Shown: positions 48,663 through 56,873 of the stretch, in pieces
Layout: every line of letters begins with the position of its first letter
How positions within the stretch are numbered: the first letter of the stretch is position 1
NCBI GenBank assembly: GCA_942491935.1
Contig: CALOCZ010000028.1
Location: 95,719-159,718 of the forward strand
Direction of reading: 5' to 3'
DNA length: 64,000 nucleotides
Source of the DNA: an uncultured Cytophagales bacterium
GTDB taxonomy: Bacteria > Bacteroidota > Bacteroidia > Cytophagales > Cyclobacteriaceae
The notes under the pieces: model-generated
What the model saw: the letters and a program-made list of their open reading frames with translations, nothing else
The model's database searches: none
Told to the model about the DNA's origin: nothing
Position numbers and translations under genes: made by a program

Positions 48663-49569
48663 GGTCAGATGCCGTCGCTAACGTCGCCGCAGGCGCTCAT
48701 CGCGACACGGGTTGGATTCTATATTTACTGTCGGCACTCGCTGTGTTTGCGGCCGTAGCCGGCTCAATAGAGCTTTGGGTGTCACACCATAATAATCTCC
48801 CATGGCTTTTGCTCGAGCTAATAGCCATCAGTTCAATCATTCTACTGTTCTGGACTTCATCTAAACGGAAGTGGCATGACCACTGGCTATCGCACCGCTT
48901 CATAGCCGAACAGATGCGTTACATGCGGATGGCCTATCCGCTTTTTGTCTTTCTAGACCCGGCTGTTTTTGTCGACCGAAGATCAAAAACCACGACAAGT
49001 ATCAAGCCACAACGTGCTCTGGAGACAGCCGAATCTTGGATTGTACGTCGAGAGTTGATCGCTGCTGGGCTCCCTGCAGGAGCCGATCAAAAGCCATTTA
49101 TTGCCCGAGGTCTACTCATGTCTGTCGCGACTACGTTCTCGAAGTCGTCGGTGGACAGCTCGACTACCATAAGCGCGTAAATCGTCGGCTGCATAGTGTA
49201 ATCCATCGGCTCCATCGATTTACCTATGTGGCATTTGGCTTTACGGCCTTGGCTGTGATTGCACATTTCTTCCTCCACGCTACTTGGCTTGTATTATTCA
49301 CCGCGGCCTTGCCGGCTCTGGGCGCTGCGATACATGGCATCGTATCGGCAAATGAAATGGAGCGGGTCGCAGCCATGTCGCAGGCAATGGCAGCACGGCT
49401 CCGTCAAATTGAATTTGGACTTAAGGACATGGAGTTGTCCGATGGGGCCACCGCAGTTGAATGGCTTCGTGTACGCCATCTCACAGGTCAGGCTGCTCGT
49501 GTAATGTCGGACACAAACCGACAGTGGCAGGAGTTGATCGCTCTACGTGGCACGACACTTCCGGGGTGA
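48663..49569 (+). pseudogene. membrane protein with two 2-TM modules (SLATT/DUF4231-like, tentative), 5'-truncated and frame-shifted
   Basis: The frame is open from the join with no start codon. TM pair + KRKWHDHWLSHRFIAEQMRY, then (after a frame change near 49090-49125) GGQLDYHKRVNRRLH + a second TM pair. The ORFs at 48743 and 49036 are in different frames. Confidence 0.4.
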
Positions 49570-49638
49570 TAGAAGAAAAAACAGTTTGGCCAATTCCCGG
49601 GCGTACGCAGAGCGTGCAAGCGTCCGATAGAAGTCGCG

Positions 49639-49995
49639 GTGACTTTTGCTCAGTCATCCGGGGTTTGTGAGACCATTGAAGGACCAGTGAACTACGGGCC
49701 GGGCGATGCGATCCTCCTAGGCATGCAGGGCGAGCGCTGGCCGGTCGCACGTGAAACGTTTGCCCAAACCTATGAGCCTTTGGAACAAACGAGACCCATG
49801 CAGGATGGCCGCTATCGCAAACGCGGCGGCGAAGTGCTGGCCCTTCGCTTGAAGGCGCCGCAGCGCATCAACCTTTCTGGAGGCAGAGGAGTTGTATCGG
49901 GCCGGGTCGGCGACTGGATTGTAGACCATGGCCGCGGCGATATGGCTGCGGTCTCGGCGACGATCTTCATGGAATCTTACGAACTAATCGACTGA
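49639..49995 (+). CDS. PGDYG-domain family protein
   Basis: Contains ETIEGPVNYGPGDAILLGMQGERWPV...GRVGDWIVDHGRGDMAAV...F..SYE. The family-like sequence (ACKRPIEVAV) continues upstream of the GTG start without a canonical start codon. Confidence 0.55.
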   Translation: MTFAQSSGVCETIEGPVNYGPGDAILLGMQGERWPVARETFAQTYEPLEQTRPMQDGRYRKRGGEVLALRLKAPQRINLSGGRGVVSGRVGDWIVDHGRGDMAAVSATIFMESYELID

Positions 49996-50097
49996 GCTGA
50001 ACTAACTTCGCACCCCGCTTTAGCTCGATTCCATAAATATGATTCAAGATAACGGTTCGTACATTAGCCCAACTCGTCTTTGCGGCGAATTGGCTAC

Positions 50098-50325
50098 TCA
50101 CGATCGAGACTCTTCTTCCAGATCAGATTGACAGTGCGGGCACCTGATTGCTCTGGGATGAATGAGCTCAAAGCAGAATGGGCAAGACACGCCCTTGAGC
50201 GGTCTTCTTTCTTGAGGCTTCGTGATAAATCTATACGCCCATCTCAAGATAAGTAGGCAGCCTAGAGCGCTCAGGCCAGCAACGCCAATAGCAAGTAGGA
50301 AGACTAAAAGCGCCATACTGTCCAT
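50098..50325 (-). CDS. small membrane-anchored zinc-ribbon protein
   Basis: 75 aa with one TM (LLVFLLAIGVAGLSALGCLLIL) followed by CPFC...CPHC. Confidence 0.5.
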   Translation of the reverse strand: MDSMALLVFLLAIGVAGLSALGCLLILRWAYRFITKPQERRPLKGVSCPFCFELIHPRAIRCPHCQSDLEEESRS

Positions 50326-50675
50326 AGTCAGCCCAAAACTTCTTAGTTTTCACCTTCGACTCGTCGGAGTTAGAGGGAGAGAAGCGTAATGGTGCGACGG
50401 TAAAGATCAGCGCGCTAGGCTCGCGCTAGCTTGGCGGCCCTTCTCATCGTAGGTCTATACGTAGTCTCCGCGTCGCACGTTCACAGTAGAGGCCGTGTAT
50501 CCCTTCAGACCGTCGTTCTTTCCACCACCTGAGGGAATGCTTCCACTTTGAAGCCGTTTTTCGTCGTAGATATACACATAGTCGCCCCGCTGTAACGCAT
50601 TTTCGATTGCCGTATCCCACCTCCGCTTGCCTGATTTACAGCTCCCACAGCTCAAGAACGATTGGCTTCAGGCTT

Positions 50676-51586
50676 TTAAAGGTCTGAGGGATCAATACGA
50701 GAATCCACGGCCTCAGCCAACTCCTCTACGGGTCTCTTCCAGCTATCAGGAAGTAAATTGAGGAACCCGTGACATTGCTGAATGATATTCTGTTCAGCCC
50801 AGCTTCGTTCTTGACCGCGCTCCGCACCTGTAAGCATCAAAAGCTTGTCGATAACGCGAGTTCCGTGCAGATTCATTATCGCAAACTCGTCTAGTACGGA
50901 CTGTATTTGATCCGCAAGCTCCAAGAAACCACGCTGCTCAAGCTTTCCGTAGAATAGCATCATGCGTTTTTTCTGTCTCGCCATCCTTGATCCCCATGGC
51001 TTGCGCAACAAAGCGATCATAGACCGTCCAATAGCTTGGCTGAGCAAACCAGGAAAATTTCGTTATCGCTGAAGCTTGCAGCGTCTTCGTGTGTCCTGCT
51101 TCTTTTGCCGCCAACGCCACTTGGCGGCACTTCTCGGCGCGCTCTATGAGACTAATTGGCCACGGACGGGCCTCGTTCAGCAGTCGGGCTAGTGCATCGG
51201 CGTGACTATCCACTTTCGCCTTTTTTGCCCTGATACCCCGGTTGACATTATAAACTATCGATATTTTACGAAGGATAGGCCCATCCAGAGCGCCATTCTG
51301 TGAATCCAATAATTTGGCGAAACGGGCCATCCTCGCTGAGCCAGGTCCTCACATGCTCGACGACGGCCCAATAGAAATCACTCTTGGTCATTAAAGTCGT
51401 TGGATCCTTAGCATGCCTCGTTGGCGCAAGACCGCTCATACACAAACTATCACCTAGATCACTCGATATGGGCCGATAACCGACTATGCACAAGCAGCGC
51501 TTCTTATCGGCTTCCGACACTTCCGGGATTAACGAATAGAAGCAGCAACTGCTTTGGTGGGAGGGTTTTGCCGCGCACTGGATCAT
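50676..51586 (-). pseudogene. hypothetical gene broken into three frames
   Basis: ORFs starting at 51586, 51330 and 51047 occupy all three minus frames. They overlap end to end and read as one about 300-aa protein (...KFSWFAQPSYWTVYDRFVAQAMG...). Confidence 0.45.
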
Positions 51587-51625
51587 CAGAAAAAGTAGAT
51601 ATGCGGTCTAGTTAACCCTCGACCG

Positions 51626-52430
51626 GGCATTGTCAGAGTAAATCGGCTTGAGCCTCTTGGCGAGGTTCCTTAGCCTCCGGCGATGCGCAATCCTTCCGTT
51701 ATTTCAACAGCTCGCCCGAGGTGATCCGCCTCACAGTGATGATGTATCTCCGCTTTCCCCTGTCGCTGCGCCAGGTGGAAGATTTGCTGTTTGAACGCGG
51801 CATCGACGTCTGCCACGAGACGATCCGGTTTTGGTGGAATCGCTTCGGCCCGATGTTCGCCAACGAGATCAGGAAACGTCGCATTCTGACTCGATCATCT
51901 TCGCACTGGTGTTGGCACTTGGACGAGGTTTTCGTCAGGATCAATGGAGAGACACATTATCTCTGGCGTGCGGTTGATCACGAAGGCGAAGTGCTTGAGG
52001 TCTTTGTGACGAAGCGTCGGGATCGCAGGGCTGCGTTGAAATTCCTGAAGCGCGCGATGAAGCGCCATGGTCGACCGCGTTCGATCATAACAGACCGGCT
52101 TCGGTCGTACCGATCAGCGATGAGAGTCATCGGCAATGCTACCGATCAGGAGTGTGGTCGATGGCTCAACAATCGAGCTGACAATTCCACCAACCGTCCC
52201 GACGGCGAGAGCGAGCGATGGCGAAGTTCAGATATGCCAAGACCCTCCAGAAATTCTCCGCCGCCCACGCCTCAATCCACAACCACTTCAACCACGACCG
52301 TCACCTCAACCGCCGCGATATCTTCAAACAAAACCGTTCTGCCGCCCTGGACGAGTGGCATCAGCTGGCGGCCTGAACGCCTCATATCAACACCCTTCGT
52401 CAGTTCTGCTCAGCTTTGTCTGACAGTGCC
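51626..52430 (+). mobile_element. IS6-family insertion sequence, copy 1 (805 bp, transposase with two frameshifts)
   Basis: Termini GGCATTGTCAGAGTAAAT and (reverse complement) GGCACTGTCAGACAAAG. The transposase frame is broken near codon 5 and near 52185. Confidence 0.8.
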
Positions 52431-52722
52431 CATACAAGGGCTATCTGGGCGCGGCCGCGCTCCACAACGTCCTTGGGTTTTTTTATGCCGGGAGGTAGGC
52501 GAGCGAGAATATTCTGTCTGACGTCAGCGCTTATGGTCGGAGAGATCCACGATAGCGTGCCCGCGATTCTGGCACCCAATAGCCACGAGCGGCGGATCGG
52601 TGCCGAACCGGACCCGCACGACCTTCTGATCCTTACCCCTCCGAGCCCATGACGATGTGGCCGATCTCCACGCGCGTGAACTCGCTAGCCAAGGATGATG
52701 CTGCCTTACTAGATCCCGTTAT
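52431..52722 (+). pseudogene. 3' remnant of an SOS-response-associated peptidase (SRAP/YedK, DUF159) gene
   Basis: It starts at the IS end. It reads ...FCLTSALMVGEIHDSVPAILAPN...LLILTPPSP, then a frame change, then MTMWPISTRVNSLAKDDAALLDPV. This matches the SRAP C-terminal pattern HDRMP.IL ... M...PVS..VN...ND...L..PV. Confidence 0.5.
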
Positions 52723-52917
52723 GGAGAACTGGGGTCTGACGAAACCTTCGGCACATACGCGTGTGTCAGCTGCTTGTCGATTTCAATCCCAACAACTGGC
52801 AGCCGAACGACCCAACTTACGTCCGATCCTGACGTGTCACCCGTGTAGTGTAGCGTTGTGGAACTCAGGACCAGAACGGACTCACGTGGCTTCCAGATAT
52901 CTCATGCATCCAAGCTC

Positions 52918-53010
52918 AAGACGATGCGGCCGATCTCCAAGCGCGTAAGTCCATCTGTTTATGGTGATGTAGCCCTAGTAGAGAGAGTTCAAGAAAACCG
53001 ACGGCCATAA
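52918..53010 (+). pseudogene. second short SRAP C-terminal fragment
   Basis: KTMRPISKRVSPSVYGDVALVERV. At DNA level GACGATGCGGCCGATCTCCAAGCGCGTAAG is 27/30 identical to 52651-52680. Confidence 0.3.
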
Positions 53011-53213
53011 GAGCAATTGCGTCTGTCGGTCTTCTTGAAGAACTCAGCGCTCGGTTCCATCTGTAAGGGGAAGCATCAAGAGAGGGGGTTGCCCTCACCA
53101 ACCTGCTCACCCGGGCAAGGTGGTTCCCAAAAAATAGGGGATGCGGCCAGAGCGGCAACGAAACGGGTCGTACAGCCATTCCCTCCTCGGCGCAGCACAA
53201 TTAGGAGGGCTTT

Positions 53214-53839
53214 ATGGCGAGACGAGACACCCCCTTTGCGGCACTCATCAAAAAGCGTTGTCGAGAGCTCGGCTTTAGCCGTAGTGATCTCATCGGCCGC
53301 TGCGATTACAAGAACATCGCCAAGGGCCTACGTCGACTAGATGCAGCGTTCGCTGGAGACTTGGATAAAGCGGCAACGCTCATTGAGAAGCTACCCGTGG
53401 CTCTAAATCTCTCTCCCGAGATTATTCAGCAGGCAGCGACTGAAACCGTACGATTGATAGCGGACGAAGAGGACGCTCGCTGGCGTGCCTCCTTCCAACC
53501 GGAAGCCTTTTTGCTTGGCATCAGTAATCGGCCTTCGCAAATTTGGATCTACGGCATCAGCGGCGGTGCGGAGGAGAGATGGCTCAAGATCCCCCTCGAT
53601 CTGAGCCAACCGCGGCAACCTATGCGGCTCAGGCGCTATCGACGGCTCGGAGAACGCCCATCGTACCATTCTTCGGTCCGGCAACCGGTTTTGTCGTGAA
53701 TTACACCCCCGATCATGCAGTGCGCTTCAATCTGGAAGGGAGCCCTATCGAGACGCTTAGGCGCGCTTATCGTCCGGGAGAGGTCGCGCTCTGTCTGGGC
53801 GGTCGCGAGCTTCCGTTGAGAGTATTGGAAGAGCGTTAG
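53214..53839 (+). pseudogene. hypothetical protein gene with one frameshift
   Basis: ORFs 53214-53699 (frame 0) and 53543-53839 (frame 2) overlap and read on from each other near 53600. Confidence 0.4.
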
Positions 53840-54014
53840 TTGCGCCCCGACAATGCCGGCAGATCTAGGTCCGTTTTGCGACAAGGCGTACGTCGTCGGC
53901 CATGCCGAACAGAGAACGATGCGACAGAAAATGCGAAATAGGCTGGCACTCGGGGTGAAAGGACACAGATGAAACCAACAATGAGCATTGAGCATGTAGA
54001 ACATGACGCGGACG

Positions 54015-54155
54015 GGCGTTGTCAGAGCAAAGTCTAAATACTTGGAGCGGCCATCGAACCGCTCAGATCGACCCGGAAAAATGCAGGAAAATCAATGGCC
54101 GCGAAATCCGGTTCTAACGGGTTGGCGAAGTAAACGAATTTGCTCTGACAATGCC
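54015..54155. mobile_element. 141-bp MITE-like element bounded by IS6-type terminal inverted repeats
   Basis: The left end is GGCGTTGTCAGAGCAAAGTC and the right end (reverse complement) is GGCATTGTCAGAGCAAATTCG. The interior is unrelated to the IS copies and has no ORF. Confidence 0.45.
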
Positions 54156-54468
54156 TGACGAAGACCTCATCCAGGTGCCAGCGCCAGTGCGAATACGATC
54201 GAGCCTGAATGCGATGTTTTCTGATCTCGTTGGCGAACATCGGACCGAAACGATTCCACCAGAACCGCACCGTCTCGTGGCAGATGTCGATGCCACGCTC
54301 GAACAGAATATCCTCGACTTGCCGCAGCGACAGCGGATAGCGGATGTACATCATCACCGTGAGGCGGATCACCTCAGGCGAGCTGTTGAAACAACGGAAG
54401 GGATTACGCATCGCCGGACGCTAAGGAACGCCCCTGACCAGCTCAAGCTAATTTACTCTGACAATGCC
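54156..54468 (-). mobile_element. IS6-family fragment: left end plus first ~85 transposase codons
   Basis: The IR ends at 54468 (reverse complement GGCATTGTCAGAGTAAATTAGC). MRNPFRCFNSSPEVIRLTVMMY...WHLDEVFVR then runs into the MITE-like IR at 54155. Confidence 0.75.
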
Positions 54469-54577
54469 CTCTATGGCCATCGGCCCTTCCGCACTTGATC
54501 AGCCTCAAAGACGCAATATCGCTTTCGGCAGTTCATGAGCGTGTCGCGCGAGGCGTCGTCGACCACCCATCTTCGAC

Positions 54578-54630
54578 GACGCTAATGCTGTCGGCAGGCC
54601 CGGTTTGCTCGCGCCAGCAGGCCAGGCTTT
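54578..54630. repeat. copy A of a ~53-bp GC-rich dispersed repeat
   Basis: GACGCTAATGCTGTCGGCAGGCCCGGTTTGCTCGCGCCAGCAGGCCAGGCTTT has about 85% identity to 55149-55202. Confidence 0.5.
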
Positions 54631-54738
54631 CTAATGGGCTCTGGTCGCCGCCTTTGGTCCCTGCGATGCTGTGTCATTGAGGATAGGCGATTGAGGGCTC
54701 CCAGAAGCCAGATCGTTTTCAGCGATTAGGAGTACGAC

Positions 54739-54990
54739 GTGATTAGATTTATTGTCGCCTGCGCGATGGTCCTTGGTATCTTTGCGTTTGCGCCCACGAA
54801 AGCGAACGCGGGCGTCTATGTCAGAGCACCCGGTGTCAGCGTCAACGTAGGCCGTTCCTACTATCGGCCCTACAGGTACTACAGGCCATACGGATACTAT
54901 GGCTACCGGGCCTACCGTCGGCCCTACTACCGGGTGCGACCTCACAAGCGACGTTGGCGTCGTCGTTGGCGGCGTGCCTACTATTGGTAG
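54739..54990 (+). CDS. small secreted Tyr/Arg-rich protein
   Basis: GTG start 7 nt after AGGAG. Signal peptide MIRFIVACAMVLGIFAFAPTKANA. The mature 59 aa contain 15 Tyr, 17 Arg and 3 Trp. Confidence 0.5.
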   Translation: MIRFIVACAMVLGIFAFAPTKANAGVYVRAPGVSVNVGRSYYRPYRYYRPYGYYGYRAYRRPYYRVRPHKRRWRRRWRRAYYW

Positions 54991-55148
54991 ACGCTGTTGG
55001 TAGGGCGGTGCGACGTTGATAGGTATCGCGGCCAGCCGGTGAGCCACCAAGTTCTGTTCGCGCCATTGATCCGCATCAACACAACGATGCTTCTCTCAGA
55101 AGCCTGATAGTAGTGCCGCGCTAGGCGTCGTATTCGAGACAATAGCAG

Positions 55149-55202
55149 CGACGCCTATGCTGTCGGCAGGCCCGGCTCGCTCGCACCCGTAGGCCCGGCT
55201 TG
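55149..55202. repeat. copy B of the ~53-bp GC-rich dispersed repeat
   Basis: GACGCCTATGCTGTCGGCAGGCCCGGCTCGCTCGCACCCGTAGGCCCGGCTTG abuts the start of the 72-aa ORF. Confidence 0.5.
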
Positions 55203-55418
55203 CGTGCGAAAGCAGGCCAGTTTGCACCGCCATGGCAGGTCGAGCAGATACCGGGCGGCTACAAGGTGCTGGACGCCAACGGCCAAGCCTTGGCCTACGT
55301 TTACGCGATATATACAAAAGCCCAAGCCGACATTGCAAAGGTCCTGACCTTCGATGAGGCGCGGCGGATTGCCGTGAATGTTGCTAAGCTGCCGGAGGTT
55401 CTACGGTCAGGGGAGTAG
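55200..55418 (+). CDS. small conserved-looking hypothetical protein
   Basis: 72 aa (TTG start uncertain): PPWQVEQIPGGYKVLDANGQALAYVY...LTFDEARRIAVNVAKLPEVL. No recognised domain. Confidence 0.4.
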   Translation: MRAKAGQFAPPWQVEQIPGGYKVLDANGQALAYVYAIYTKAQADIAKVLTFDEARRIAVNVAKLPEVLRSGE

Positions 55419-55577
55419 ACCCATGCGCCGAGCCATACTGGCTGCCGTCAACCACCGCGCATGACCTTAGGCTGCCACGCACCGTGCTGCCTGCATGATG
55501 GTCGAAGTAGACTTACGTAAGGCGTAATGAGCTGCGAGGTAGCTACGGGGGGCTATCAGATAGGGGACCCAACGCCC

Positions 55578-56066
55578 TCACTGTTGGCGGATGGCAGGAA
55601 GAAGCGAGGCAAGTGAGGCGTTTAGCTGATTGGCTTCAGTTAGGAGCTTTTGCAACTCGCCGAAGACTTGCCTGCCTAAAGCGCTCATGTTTAGCCGTTT
55701 AGCTTCAGAGGGCTGGAACCAACCCATTCCCTGGCCTTCGCCCAACACGAGTTCACTTCCATCGTATCTATCGAGGAAGAGAAAGCTTACGTAGTTTGCC
55801 TCTCTATGGGTAAATCGTTGGGAAGTCCAAAAGCGGGGATCATTCAAGCTGTAAGATAGCTCCTCAAGCGCCTCCCTCTTCAAAGCCTGTTCGGGCGTCT
55901 CGTTCCTTTCAATCTCGCCGCCAAAGAACGACCAGCATCCCGGAAAAGTAGGCGCGTCTTCTGTACGATGTTGGAGCAAGAACCTGTTCTCGTGATCGTA
56001 CAAGATCAAGCCGGCTAACTGCTTAGTCATAAGCGGTTCCGCTGGGTTTCCAGCGCCGGTTATCAC
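55578..56066 (-). CDS. NUDIX hydrolase
   Basis: 162 aa with the Nudix box GGEIERNETPEQALKREALEELS. Confidence 0.8.
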   Translation of the reverse strand: MITGAGNPAEPLMTKQLAGLILYDHENRFLLQHRTEDAPTFPGCWSFFGGEIERNETPEQALKREALEELSYSLNDPRFWTSQRFTHREANYVSFLFLDRYDGSELVLGEGQGMGWFQPSEAKRLNMSALGRQVFGELQKLLTEANQLNASLASLLPAIRQQ

Positions 56067-56318
56067 GACCCGCGCGCCGGCGATGATCCGAGCGCCCTAT
56101 AGACAGACGCCTTCGACAGGGAAGTCTGCCTCATAATCTCAGGCACTGTCATGCCTGACTTCCTCAGCTTCCGAACTTGTTTGATCGTCTCGGGTACGAG
56201 AATGGGCTTGCGTCCAAACTTCACGCCACGATCCTGGGCTTTAGCAATCCCGTCCATCTGCCGCTCGCGGCGTATGTCATTCTCGAACTCTGCGATAAGA
56301 GCCAGGATGCCTATCACC
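56063..56318 (-). pseudogene. serine recombinase/resolvase, C-terminal part only (5' end removed by IS)
   Basis: ...GILALIAEFENDIRRERQMDGIAKAQDRGVKFGRKP plus the C-terminal HTH. The catalytic N-terminal domain is absent and the IS6 right end abuts at 56319. Confidence 0.65.
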
Positions 56319-56822
56319 GGCATTATCAGACTAACTAATCATGAGCTGGCCGATTACAATCGGTCAAGACTCTCACGCTGCGAGTTGACGCCATTCCGCG
56401 AGTGCGGCAGCACGGTTCTGCTTGAAGACGTCGCGGCGGTTGACATGGCGGCCGTGGTTGAAGTGGTTGTGGACTGATGCGTGGGCGGCGGCGAACTTTT
56501 GGAGTGTTTTCATGTCTCTGAACTTCGCCATCGCTCGTTCTCGTCGTCGGAACGGCTGGTGTGAATTCTCAGCCCGGTTGTTCAGCCATCGACCGCACTC
56601 CTGATCGGCAGCATTGCCGATGACTCTCATCGCGGATCGGTACGAGCGTAGCCGGTCGGTTACAACTGATCGCGGTCGGCCGTAACGCTTCATCGCACGC
56701 TTTAGGAACTTCAACGCAGCCCTACGATCCCGGCGCTTCGTCGCGAAGACCTCAAGCACCTCACCTTCGTGATCTACCGCTCGCCAGAGATAATGCGTCT
56801 CTCCATTGATCCTGACGAAGAC
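56319..56822 (-). mobile_element. IS6-family fragment: right end plus last ~150 transposase codons
   Basis: IR GGCATTATCAGACTAAC at 56319. The transposase runs from VFVRINGETHYLWRAVDHEGE to ...EWRQLAA. Homology stops at ...CCTGACGAAGAC (56822). Confidence 0.75.
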
Positions 56823-56873
56823 GCAACGGGGAGCAACCCATGCGCTCCGGCATGGGCCGAAACTTCTACGACG

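Noticed and set aside
48663-48663. Considered that the GC-rich segment is a genuine horizontally acquired island inserted into the Bacteroidota chromosome.
   Set aside because: This is not favoured. The boundary is not at an IS end, tRNA or att-like repeat. Both flanking ORFs are cut mid-domain. The essential-looking ccsBA gene of an otherwise intact cytochrome block is decapitated. The other boundary is outside the window, so this cannot be settled here.
50455-50655. 66-aa ORF (non-ATG start) with an internal echo RGDYVYIYDEK ... RRGDYV.
   Set aside because: There is no RBS, no recognisable family, and it sits in stop-poor GC-rich DNA. The evidence is insufficient to call a gene.
52136-52423. 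Pro/Thr/Ser-rich 95-aa ORF and the long tail of ORF 51721-52521.
   Set aside because: These are out-of-frame read-through of the IS6 transposase 3' region after the 1-nt deletion near 52185. The correct frame reads the conserved ...HQPSRRRERAMAKF...HASIHNHFNHDRHLNRRDIF... C-terminus.
54631-55050. 139-aa minus-strand ORF antisense to the Tyr/Arg-rich peptide gene.
   Set aside because: It lacks a signal peptide, an RBS or any motif, and is Pro/Val/Gly-rich as expected for the complement of a Tyr/Arg-rich frame. The plus-strand ORF has an AGGAG RBS and a canonical signal peptide.
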